The notes under the pieces were generated by a model that was not told the DNA's origin, made no database searches, and saw only the letters and a list, made by a program, of their open reading frames with translations. Shown here in pieces: positions 9,744 to 18,585 of a stretch of DNA of 64,000 nucleotides. The stretch covers positions 224,001-288,000 of the forward strand of contig CAVXVB010000005.1 in the NCBI GenBank assembly GCA_963765205.1, in the 5' to 3' direction. Source of the DNA: an uncultured Verrucomicrobiae bacterium (GTDB taxonomy: Bacteria > Verrucomicrobiota > Verrucomicrobiia > Opitutales > JABDGR01). Both the position numbers and the translations under genes were made by a program. Position 1 is the first letter of the stretch; every line of letters begins with the position of its first letter.

Positions 9744-10922
9744 ATGAAAATCACCGAAATCCGCACGCGCGTCGTGCAGTGGAAAGGCCCGACCGTCCCG
9801 CTGCCGCCGCATTTTTGCACGAACCCGATGGACGCCGTCGCGCCGCTCCTCACGCGCGACACCATGGGCACGTTCGCCTTCCACGGCTGGCTGCTGGTCG
9901 AGATTTTCACCGACACCGGCCTCGTCGGCCTGGGCAACGCCGCGCTCGCGCCGCTGGTGACGAAGCAGGTGGTGGACTTGTATCTCACGCCGCTGCTGCT
10001 CGGCGCGGACCCGTGGGACCTCGAATTTCTCTGGCAGCACATGTATCGCAAGACGATGGCGTTCGGGCGCAAGGGCATCGGCATGGTCGCCATCAGCGCG
10101 GTGGACATCGCGCTGTGGGACTTGCTCGGCAAATCCGCGAAACAGCCGGTGTATCGCCTGCTCGGCGGGCGCACCAAGCCGCGCATCCCCGTTTACGCCA
10201 GCCGCCTTTACTCGACCCCGCTGGACGAACTCGCCGCCGAGGCCACGAAATATAAAAAGGAGGGTTACCAGGCGATGAAGCTGCGCTTCGGCTGGGGCCC
10301 GGTGGACGGCGCCGCGGGCATGGGCAAAAACGTCGCCCTCGTGCGCGTCGTGCGCGAGGCCGTCGGCCCCGACGTGGACCTCATGGCCGACGCCTACATG
10401 GGCTGGAGCCTCGACTACGCGAAACGCATGTTGCCCCTGCTCGAACCCTTCCACCTGCGTTGGCTCGAAGAACCGGTCATCCCCGACGACATCCAGGGCT
10501 ATGCGGAGCTGCGGCGTGCCGGGCTCATTCCCATCGCCGGCGGCGAGCACGAATTCACCCTCCACGGCTTCCGCGAACTGATCGAGGCGCGCGCGGTGGA
10601 CTACATCCAGTTCGACACGAACCGCGTCGGCGGCCTGACCCAGGCGCGCAAGATCGCGGCGCTGGCCGAGGCCCACTCGATCCCCGTCATCCCCCACGCC
10701 GGCCAGATGCACAACTATCACGTCGTGATGGCCAGCTTGAATTCGCCGATGGCGGAATACTTCCCCCCCGTGGACGTCGAAGTCGGCAACGAACTTTTCT
10801 GGTATATCTTCAAAGGCGAACCCGTGGCCAAGGACGGCTACATTGATTTGGACGAGAATGTGCCGGGGCTGGGCCTGACTGTGGACGAAAAGGCACTGAA
10901 GAGGTTTAAGGTAACGGGGTGA
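9744..10922 (+). CDS. Mandelate racemase/enolase-superfamily sugar-acid dehydratase (L-rhamnonate dehydratase-like)
   Basis: AISAVDIALWDLLGK, KLRF, LMADAY, WLEEP, GEHE, VIPHAG. Confidence 0.85.
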   Translation: MKITEIRTRVVQWKGPTVPLPPHFCTNPMDAVAPLLTRDTMGTFAFHGWLLVEIFTDTGLVGLGNAALAPLVTKQVVDLYLTPLLLGADPWDLEFLWQHMYRKTMAFGRKGIGMVAISAVDIALWDLLGKSAKQPVYRLLGGRTKPRIPVYASRLYSTPLDELAAEATKYKKEGYQAMKLRFGWGPVDGAAGMGKNVALVRVVREAVGPDVDLMADAYMGWSLDYAKRMLPLLEPFHLRWLEEPVIPDDIQGYAELRRAGLIPIAGGEHEFTLHGFRELIEARAVDYIQFDTNRVGGLTQARKIAALAEAHSIPVIPHAGQMHNYHVVMASLNSPMAEYFPPVDVEVGNELFWYIFKGEPVAKDGYIDLDENVPGLGLTVDEKALKRFKVTG

Positions 10923-10948
10923 AGTGTTTTGATTGAAGAAAAAGTCCA

Positions 10949-11527
10949 CTACAAATTCCGTAAGCCGTAAAGACCATTGGTGAGTTTTTGGACATTAGGT
11001 ATTTTTTCAAGTAGTTGCTTGAATCCTTCTCTCGACGCTGAACGTTTTTGGTTTACACATAAATAAATTTCGCGGATAGTCAATGGTCTTCCCTGGGTCT
11101 TAAGCGTTTGGCAGATAATATCTTTGATGAATTCACGCTTCGACGCCTTCCCCTTTACCTGAAAGAGTTGACGGCCCAAGTCGACAAAACGACTATCTTC
11201 TTTTAGAATTTGTGCCAATTCATATTTGGTCGTCTTTCTGCCAAGATTTCCAAGCCGTTCCTCTACTAGTTCAGGCGCAGAACATGGTCTGTTTAAATCA
11301 ATGATAATTCTATAGACCTCATTACACACCGCCTTACGCTCGTCTCGACTCAGCTTCATATGCTTTTCCACCCCAAGAGCTTCCGGCTCCAGAAGATATA
11401 TTCCTTTTCTTGAATTTCGCGCAAGGAGTCTTTGAAGTCTCAACGTGCGCCAATTACCCACTTCGCTGCCAAACATAATTTTGGCCTCAGAAATAATTTC
11501 GCCAGCAGTTAACGGACGTTGGCTCAA
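10949..11527 (-). CDS. Low-GC hypothetical protein with probable tandem winged-helix domains; start uncertain
   Basis: 192-aa ORF in a markedly AT-rich segment; three related units (RPLTAGEI, RPCSAPEL, RPLTIREI) each ending in a G.Y/F.L wing-like motif. Confidence 0.5.
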   Translation of the reverse strand: MSQRPLTAGEIISEAKIMFGSEVGNWRTLRLQRLLARNSRKGIYLLEPEALGVEKHMKLSRDERKAVCNEVYRIIIDLNRPCSAPELVEERLGNLGRKTTKYELAQILKEDSRFVDLGRQLFQVKGKASKREFIKDIICQTLKTQGRPLTIREIYLCVNQKRSASREGFKQLLEKIPNVQKLTNGLYGLRNL

Positions 11528-11623
11528 AACGAACTTTGAAAGTGGATTGTTTTGTGCTCGTATTCATGGCTGATTTTTCTCATGTTTTTGCTGAGTCGTC
11601 AAGTGTTGTCGTGCGGTTGTCCG

Positions 11624-11649
11624 CGGACGCCTCGGAGAGGCGTCCCTAC
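11624..11649 (-). repeat. Single GTAG-type REP
   Basis: Reverse complement GTAGGGACGCCTCTCCGAGGCGTCCG: GTAG tetranucleotide followed by a GGACGCCTC/GAGGCGTCC hairpin. Confidence 0.7.
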
Positions 11650-11701
11650 CGTTTTTCTATCTTGGCCTGGGCTTGAAATTAGGCAAACTGTCGCCTTCCT
11701 T

Positions 11702-12772
11702 ATGACCCACCTGATCCAACTTCAAAACGGCACGACGCGCCGTGTGGCGCTGGTTGAGGAGCCGCGGGTGCGGTTGCTCGACGAGGCGTGTGCGTCGGTA
11801 CATGCGCTGGCGTTGGCGGCGATTGCACAGGGGCGGAAATTGGCGGAGCTGGCGCGCGAGCGGGCCACGGGCGAGTGGCTCGATTACGAGCCGATTTACC
11901 GGGGCAAGTCGCCGTGGAAATTATTGCCGCCGCTCGACCATCCTAGCGAGCCGGCGCGATGCCTCGTCACCGGCACGGGGCTGACGCACCTCGGGAGCGC
12001 GAAGAACCGGAATGCGATGCACTCGGGACAACAACCAACATCCAACGTTCAACATCCAACATCGAATGACAAGCCGGTCACCGGGCCATCTGCATCCGGC
12101 CAGAAAGAATTGACCGACAGCATGAAAATGTTTCAATTGGGCGTGGAGCGGGGCAAGCCGGGGCCGGGGGCGATTGGCGCAGCGCCGGAATGGTTTTACA
12201 AGGGGAATGGGGCGATTTTGCGCGCGCACGGCGAGGCGCTGCTCGTGCCGCCGTATGCCGAGGATGGCGGCGAGGAGGCGGAGGTCGCGGGCTGCTACGT
12301 CATCGGGCCGGATGGGCGGCCGTGGCGCGTGGGCTTCGCGCTGGGCAACGAATTCTCCGACCATGTGTTCGAGAAGAAAAATTATTTGAATCTCGCCGGC
12401 TCGAAAATGCGCACCTGCGCGCTGGGGCCGGAACTGGTGGTCGCGGCGGATTTTTCCTCCGTGGCCGGCGAGGCGCAAATCGAGCGCGCGGGGAAAATCA
12501 TCTGGACGAAGGCCATCCACACCGGCGAGGCCGAGATGTGCCACAGCCTCGCGAACATCGAGCACCATCATTTCAAATTTGCGGCGCACCGCCGCCCCGG
12601 CGACGCACATGTGCATTACTTCGGCGCGGACGCGCTGAGCTTCGGCGACGGCGTGCGCCTGGCCGACGGCGACCTTATGCGCGTGCGCTACGAGGGCTTC
12701 GGCCGCGCACTGGTCAATCCAGTGAAAGTCATCCAGGCCAAAAATGAGTTGGTCGGCGTGCAGGCGCTTTGA
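11702..12772 (+). CDS. AraD1/GguC-like fumarylacetoacetate-hydrolase-family protein (2-keto-3-deoxy sugar-acid dehydratase-like)
   Basis: TGTGLTHLGSA, TDSMKMF, PEWFYKG, DGGEEAE, GNEFSDH, MCHSLANIEHHHFK, HVHYFG. Confidence 0.85.
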   Translation: MTHLIQLQNGTTRRVALVEEPRVRLLDEACASVHALALAAIAQGRKLAELARERATGEWLDYEPIYRGKSPWKLLPPLDHPSEPARCLVTGTGLTHLGSAKNRNAMHSGQQPTSNVQHPTSNDKPVTGPSASGQKELTDSMKMFQLGVERGKPGPGAIGAAPEWFYKGNGAILRAHGEALLVPPYAEDGGEEAEVAGCYVIGPDGRPWRVGFALGNEFSDHVFEKKNYLNLAGSKMRTCALGPELVVAADFSSVAGEAQIERAGKIIWTKAIHTGEAEMCHSLANIEHHHFKFAAHRRPGDAHVHYFGADALSFGDGVRLADGDLMRVRYEGFGRALVNPVKVIQAKNELVGVQAL

Positions 12773-12818
12773 TTGAATTAGCCGCAAAAATTGGCTCGAA
12801 TGTTGCCCCTCCACAAAA

Positions 12819-13730
12819 ATGATCAAACCCACCATCGCTTTTCTCGGCCTGGGTATCATGGGCTCCGGCATGGCGCACCGCCTGCTGGGCGCGGGCTTTC
12901 CGCTCGCCGTTTACAACCGCAATCCCGACAAGGCGAAGCCGCTGATGGCCGCGGGGGCAAAACTCGCTGCCACGCCGCGCGAGGCCGCCACGGGGGCGGA
13001 CATAATCATCACCATGGTGGCCGACGACGGGGCTGCGCGCGCCGTCTGGCTGGGCGCGGACGGCGCGCTCGCCGGCGCCCGGCGCGGCGCGGTGCTCGTC
13101 GAGAGCAGCACGGCCAGCCCGGACTGGATTGCGGAACTCGCGGCTGCGGCGGCAAAAAGCGGCTGCCCGCTGCTCGACGCGCCGGTGACGGGCACCAAGC
13201 CGCACGCGGCGGCGGGCGAGCTGGTCTTTCTCGTCGGCGGCGACGCCGCGGTGCTCGAGCAACTGCGCCCGGCGCTGGCGGCGATGAGCAAGGCGATTCT
13301 CCACTTGGGCCCGAACGGCAGCGGCGCGCTGCTCAAGCTGCTCAATAATTTTCTCTGCGGCGTGCAGGCGGTGGCGTTTGCCGAGGCGCTGGTGTTCATT
13401 GAAAACTCGGGTCTCGACCGCGCGCAGGCGCTCGACTTTTTGCTCCAGGGCAACCCGGGCAGCCCGCTGGTGAAAACGATGGCGACGCGCATGTTGGCGC
13501 GGGACTACACGCCGAATTTCGCGATGCGCCTGATGGCGAAGGACCTCGCCTACTCCGTCGCGGCGGGAAAAAACCTCTCGGTCAACCTCGCGACCGTGGC
13601 CAGCGCGCACGCTGTGCTGCAACAGGCCATCGCCGCGGGTCTGGGGGAAAAGGATTTTTCCGCCGTGGTGGAGTTGCTGCGCAAAAATAAGCGCGACGCC
13701 GTTAATCCTATCACTGCAACTGGAAATTGA
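12819..13730 (+). CDS. Beta-hydroxyacid dehydrogenase (3-hydroxyisobutyrate dehydrogenase/tartronate semialdehyde reductase family)
   Basis: FLGLGIMGSGMA, DAPVTG, GSGALLKLLNN, KDL. Confidence 0.9.
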   Translation: MIKPTIAFLGLGIMGSGMAHRLLGAGFPLAVYNRNPDKAKPLMAAGAKLAATPREAATGADIIITMVADDGAARAVWLGADGALAGARRGAVLVESSTASPDWIAELAAAAAKSGCPLLDAPVTGTKPHAAAGELVFLVGGDAAVLEQLRPALAAMSKAILHLGPNGSGALLKLLNNFLCGVQAVAFAEALVFIENSGLDRAQALDFLLQGNPGSPLVKTMATRMLARDYTPNFAMRLMAKDLAYSVAAGKNLSVNLATVASAHAVLQQAIAAGLGEKDFSAVVELLRKNKRDAVNPITATGN

Positions 13731-14427
13731 TGGTGATTTCCGCGTGGGACGGCATCGGTGTGGCGCCCTGATAAGCCTGATTAAAGGTGCTTTGTTTCAT
13801 CGCCTCGACCGCCGCGTCATCAAGCGCCGGATAGCCGGTGCTTTTCACGATCTCCACTTTGTCGAGCGTGCCCAGTTCGTTGATGTATAAGCCCAGGGTG
13901 ACCTTTCCTTCTTGGTGCAGGCGGAGGGCGGTTCGCGGATACTCCGGCTCAACCCGCGTTCGAAACGAAGGCTGTATAACGTCAACATATTTTGAGGGCG
14001 GCGCGGCTACTGACATAGGCACGGATGAGACGGGCGCAGCCGCCGCGGCGAGAGGAGCGGAGACGGGCATTGGCGCAGGCGCGGGTTGAACCGCCGCAGG
14101 GGCGGGCGCGGGCAACGTCATCGCCTCGGGCGGCGGTGGCGGCAGGGGCAGGGGCGGCGGCTCTGGCGGTGGTGGTGGCGGCTCTTCCACGGGCGGCGGC
14201 GGTGGTTCGGGTGGCGGAATGGGCGGGGAAGGGATGGGTGGAGGGGGCGGTTCTGGCGCGGGCGCGGGTGGAATTTCCGCGGGCGGCGGCGGCGCGGCGG
14301 CCAGCGTCACTTCGAGGTATTTCTTTTCCTCCGGTGGCGTCGACGCGGGCGGCGCGGGCGCGGGGAGGCACAGCAGCACCGCCAGATGCAGCAACACCGC
14401 CACCGCGTAACAAACCGCCTGCTTCAT
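13711..14427 (-). CDS. tonB: Energy transducer TonB
   Basis: N-terminal TM with conserved His, Pro-rich linker, PEYP...EGKV...STGYPALDDAA C-domain. Confidence 0.9.
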   Translation of the reverse strand: MKQAVCYAVAVLLHLAVLLCLPAPAPPASTPPEEKKYLEVTLAAAPPPPAEIPPAPAPEPPPPPIPSPPIPPPEPPPPPVEEPPPPPPEPPPLPLPPPPPEAMTLPAPAPAAVQPAPAPMPVSAPLAAAAAPVSSVPMSVAAPPSKYVDVIQPSFRTRVEPEYPRTALRLHQEGKVTLGLYINELGTLDKVEIVKSTGYPALDDAAVEAMKQSTFNQAYQGATPMPSHAEITINFQLQ

Positions 14428-14834
14428 TTTTTCAATTGGGTGTCAATGGCCACTTTCGTGATGCCGGCCTTCCGCAATTCGTCCAGCACGGCGACCGCCG
14501 CGCCGAAATAGGCCTGCGTGTCGCCGTTGATGAAAACCTTCGGGTCGGGCTGCGCGGCCTGCAACTGGCGCAGGCGCGCGGGCAGCTCGTCGAGGCGCAG
14601 CGGTTGCTTGTTAAAATATAAGGTGCCGTCCTTCGCGATGGTGATAGTGTTGTCCTCGGCGTGGTCTTGCGGCGCGCTGGTGGCGGCGACGGGGAGGTCG
14701 ACGGGGATGCCCTTGTTTTTCACCATCGAAAGGGAGACGATCATGAACGTCGCCAGCAGGAAGAAGATGACGTCAATGAGCGGGATGATTTCGATGCGCG
14801 CGCGCTTGTGCGGCCGGGGGGAGGGAATGTTCAT
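14424..14834 (-). CDS. exbD: Biopolymer transport protein ExbD
   Basis: MNIPSPRPHKRARIEIIPLIDVIFFLLATF; 4-nt overlaps with exbB and tonB. Confidence 0.9.
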   Translation of the reverse strand: MNIPSPRPHKRARIEIIPLIDVIFFLLATFMIVSLSMVKNKGIPVDLPVAATSAPQDHAEDNTITIAKDGTLYFNKQPLRLDELPARLRQLQAAQPDPKVFINGDTQAYFGAAVAVLDELRKAGITKVAIDTQLKK

Positions 14835-15460
14835 GGCGCGCCTCCGGTGGCGGGTGGTTGGTCCTCGAAGCGGTTCAGTTGCAACTCCATTTGGGTGGCG
14901 GTGTCCTGGAGGTCGTGCCGGGCCTCTTCGAGGCGGGAGTTGAGGTAGTTGAACGGGATCAGCGCGGTGATGGCGATGCCGAGGCCGAACGCGGTCGCGA
15001 GCAGGGCCTGGGCGATGCCGCCGGTGATGGCCTGCGGGGCGCTCAGTTCCTGGCCGCCAAGCAGGCCGAAGGCGCGGATCATGCCGGTGATGGTGCCGAG
15101 CAGCCCCAGCAGCGGCGCGAGCGTGATGATGGTGTCGAGCACGGCGAGGCCGCGGTTGAAGCGTTTCAGCTCCTGGTTGGCCGCGCGCAGCACGGCGCTG
15201 GCGAAGGATTCGCCGCGGTGCTCGAGCGCGTAAACGAGCGTGCGCGCGACGAAATCGCCGCTGCCCTGCCCGGCCTGGATGGCGCGCGCGGGGTCGCGGT
15301 GTTCGACGAACCGCAGCATGGCCTCGACCACCGCCGGCCGGCGGCGCGTTTGCTCGCGGATGATGAAATACGCGCGCTCCAGCACCGTGGCCACGCAGAT
15401 AATGGAGCAGAGCAGCAACGGCCACATGATCGGGCCGCCGTCTTGGAAAATTTTAATCAT
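14831..15460 (-). CDS. exbB: MotA/TolQ/ExbB proton channel
   Basis: GGPIMWPL, APLLGLLGTITGMI, GIAQALLATAFGL. Confidence 0.92.
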   Translation of the reverse strand: MIKIFQDGGPIMWPLLLCSIICVATVLERAYFIIREQTRRRPAVVEAMLRFVEHRDPARAIQAGQGSGDFVARTLVYALEHRGESFASAVLRAANQELKRFNRGLAVLDTIITLAPLLGLLGTITGMIRAFGLLGGQELSAPQAITGGIAQALLATAFGLGIAITALIPFNYLNSRLEEARHDLQDTATQMELQLNRFEDQPPATGGAP

Positions 15461-15602
15461 GGGAAAAGGCGTACGCAGGCCAACCTCTTTTAATGCGGTT
15501 AACTTGCATTTGGGTCAAACGATTTATATTTGCATAATACTGCCGTAATGTTTCGATGACCCGTCAAAACGCCTAAATTTCCTCTTTCAATTACCCTTAC
15601 CC

Positions 15603-17911
15603 ATGCGCCCCGCGGCGCTTCACCCCATGTTTAGCGCAAGGTCAACCCGACTGCTCGCCGTTTTGCTGGGTTTGGCGTTCAGTGGCGCGGCTCTCGACGC
15701 GCAAACCGGCGCTCCCGCCCAATCCGCGGCCACTGCTCCGGCCCAGGCCGCGGCAACCACACCGCCCACCACCGGCAATCAAACCGCCGCGCCCACTTCC
15801 GACACCAACGCTGCGCCGTTGGTCTCGGGCACGGAGACTACCACCACGCCAACGTCCGCGACGACGAACGGCACCACGGTGCTGCCGGAAATCACCGTGA
15901 CCGGGCGGCAGGACAGTCTGATCGGGATCGCCGACTCGGCCACGCAGGGCACCGTCGGCGCGCCGGAACTGGCCGACCGGCCCCTCCTGCGCACGGGGGA
16001 AATCCTCGAAACCGTCCCCGGCGTCATCATCACCCAACACGCGGGCGGCGGCAAAGCGAACCAGTATTTCCTGCGCGGCTTCAATCTGGATCATGGCACT
16101 GACTTTGCCACGGATCTTGAGGGGATGCCGCTCAACCTGCCGACGCACGCCCATGGCCAGGGATATTCGGACCTGAACATCGTGATCCCGGAATTGATTG
16201 ACACGATCAATTACGAGAAAGGCCCATATTACGCCGCCAACGGCGATTTTTCCACGGTGGGCGCGGCGCACTTGGTGTTCGCCGACACGTTGCCGGAAGG
16301 CATCTTCAAGATCGCAGGCGGCACCGACGACTATGGGCGGACGCTGGTGGCCGACTCGCTGCCCTTCGCCTCGGGCAACTTGCTCTACGGCGCGGAGGTC
16401 TTCCACGAAAACGGCCCCTGGGCGGTGCCGGACGATTATCTGCGCTTCAACGGCCTGCTCAAATACAGCACGGGCGATGATATGCTTGGCTCCAGCGTCA
16501 TCGCGATGGCCTACCACGGGAAATGGAATTCGACCGACCAAATAGCGGAAAACGCCGTCAGCACGGGGCTGATCCCCTTCTACGGTTCGCTGAGTCCGAC
16601 GGATGGCGGCAATTCGCAGCGTTACAGCCTCCAGGCCGAATGGCACAACGAAAACGCGGACACCGCGACCCACCTCATGGCCTACGCCTTCTATTACGAC
16701 CTCGATTTGTTTTCCGATTTCACCTATTATCTCGAATCCCCCCAGGGCGACCAGTTCGAGCAGCAGGACGGGCGGAAAGTCTTCGGCCTGAAGGGCAGCC
16801 AGACGTTCTACGGCAAATTGGCGGGCCGCGACATGGAAAACACCTTCGGCCTGCAATTCCAAAACTCGTGGATTGACACCGGCCTCTACCAAACGGTGGA
16901 CGACGTGCGCACGGACAAGGTTGACTATCTGGGCAACCCCATTCCAGCCATCACCAAGGTGGATGTCACGACCGAAACCTCGCTCGGCCTCTATTACGAC
17001 AACAAGGTGCAATGGGCGGAGAAATTCCGCAGCGAATTGGGGTTTCGCGAGGACATTTACGATGTCAGCGTGAACGACTACACAAATTCGGCAAATTCCG
17101 GCCATCAGATTGCGACGCTGCCCAGCCCGAAGCTCAGCCTTATTTTTGGGCCGTGGGACAAGACGGAGTTTTACACGCAGGCCGGCTTTGGTTTCCACAG
17201 CAACGACGCACGCGCGACCACCGCCACCGTCAACCCGGACGGTTCCTCCGTCGGCACCAACCTGCCCTTGCTGGTGCATGCCTATGGCGGGGAAGTCGGC
17301 GTGCGCACGTCCGCGGTGCCGCATTTGCAAAGCACGTTGTCGGTTTGGTATCTGCACAACAACTCCGAATTATACTTCGATGGCATTGACGCGGACAGTG
17401 GCGACACCACAGCCTCGCAGCAATCCACGCATCGCTACGGCGTCGAATGGGCCAACTACTACACACCGGTGAAAGGGGTCACCTTCGACCTGGATTTGGC
17501 GGATTCCTGGGCCTACTTCGATTCGCCCACCACGGCGGCCGAGGACATCACCCCTGGGGGCTCGCTGGTGGCCGAGGCCATTCACGAATCCGCCTCCGGT
17601 GGCGTGACTGCGCATCAGGACGACGGCTGGTCGGAGAGCTTGCGGCTCCGCTTTTTGGCCCCCGCCCGTTGGATTCGACCGGCAGCGCCGAATCCAACCC
17701 CACCCTGATCGTCAATGGGCAAGTCAGCTACCAATTCAACCCGCACTGCGAACTTACCCTCGAAGCCCTCAACCTGCTCGACCGCCACGACCACGAAATT
17801 GATTATTACTACGAATCGCAAATCACGCCTTCGTCCGCGCCCTCCAATCAAATCACTTTTCACCCGGTCGAGCCGATTGAACTGCGTCTCGCGTTGACCG
17901 TGTATTTTTAG
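15603..17911 (+). CDS. TonB-dependent receptor (one-base frameshift at ~17652-17656, likely sequencing error)
   Basis: Plug motif QHAGGGKANQYFLRGFNLDHGTDF. Adding one T to the T5 run joins ORF 15603-17708 to the C-terminus in ORF 17447-17911 (NLLDR...HPVEP...VYF, terminal Phe). Confidence 0.85.
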
Positions 17912-17962
17912 GGTCGAGCAGTTGCCGGATTACTGGCGCCGCCACCCATCGGCAGGCTGCCG

Positions 17963-18499
17963 TTACATGCGCGGTAGGTCCACGCTTGCCTCGACCTGTT
18001 TGCCACCCACGAGGTAATCCCGGTGATCGTTGGTTTCGAGCCGGAGCGTCAGGGTATGCGCGCCCGCCGGCACGTCCGCGGCGCTGATATACACCCATTC
18101 GCCATAGGCCCGTCCGATCATTTTGCCATCCACCAGAATGTGCCCATGTCCTTCGCCCGGCACGTTGGCGCTGCCCGCGTGCTCACCGGAAAAGGTGAAA
18201 TTCTTGACCATGATGTGGAGGTTCCAGCCGCCTTCCGCATCGGGCGTCAACTTGATGGTGACCGCCGGCGTCGGCAGCGACGCAGGCACTGCATAGGGCG
18301 CGCCCATTTGCATGGCGCCGGCGCCCATGGCGGGAGCAGGCGCAGCCATGCTATTGGTCATCGGCATCGCCGGCTGCGGCATCGGCATGGACTGGTCAGC
18401 CGCCCATACTTCCACCGGGTGCGCCCCGGTGAAAAAGGCGGCGAGGCCGCCGAAAAGCATCCATCCCACCAATCGGGCATTTTGTGCGAGGTTTTTCAT
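17963..18499 (-). CDS. Exported Met/His-rich putative metal-binding protein
   Basis: Signal peptide, Met-rich stretch MPMPQPAMPMTNSM...AMQMG, GEGHGHILVDG and NDH motifs. Confidence 0.65.
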   Translation of the reverse strand: MKNLAQNARLVGWMLFGGLAAFFTGAHPVEVWAADQSMPMPQPAMPMTNSMAAPAPAMGAGAMQMGAPYAVPASLPTPAVTIKLTPDAEGGWNLHIMVKNFTFSGEHAGSANVPGEGHGHILVDGKMIGRAYGEWVYISAADVPAGAHTLTLRLETNDHRDYLVGGKQVEASVDLPRM

Positions 18500-18585
18500 G
18501 GTTCTTTCTTCTTTATTATTAGATCGAGGCTGTCAAGTCGGGCACAAGCATGGCCGCCAACCCAAAAGCAAGGCCCTTGGCCCGC

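Noticed and set aside
17652..17656. Programmed frameshift or phase variation in the TonB receptor
   Set aside because: The T5 run is too short for a contingency locus, and similar indels affect unrelated genes across the window.
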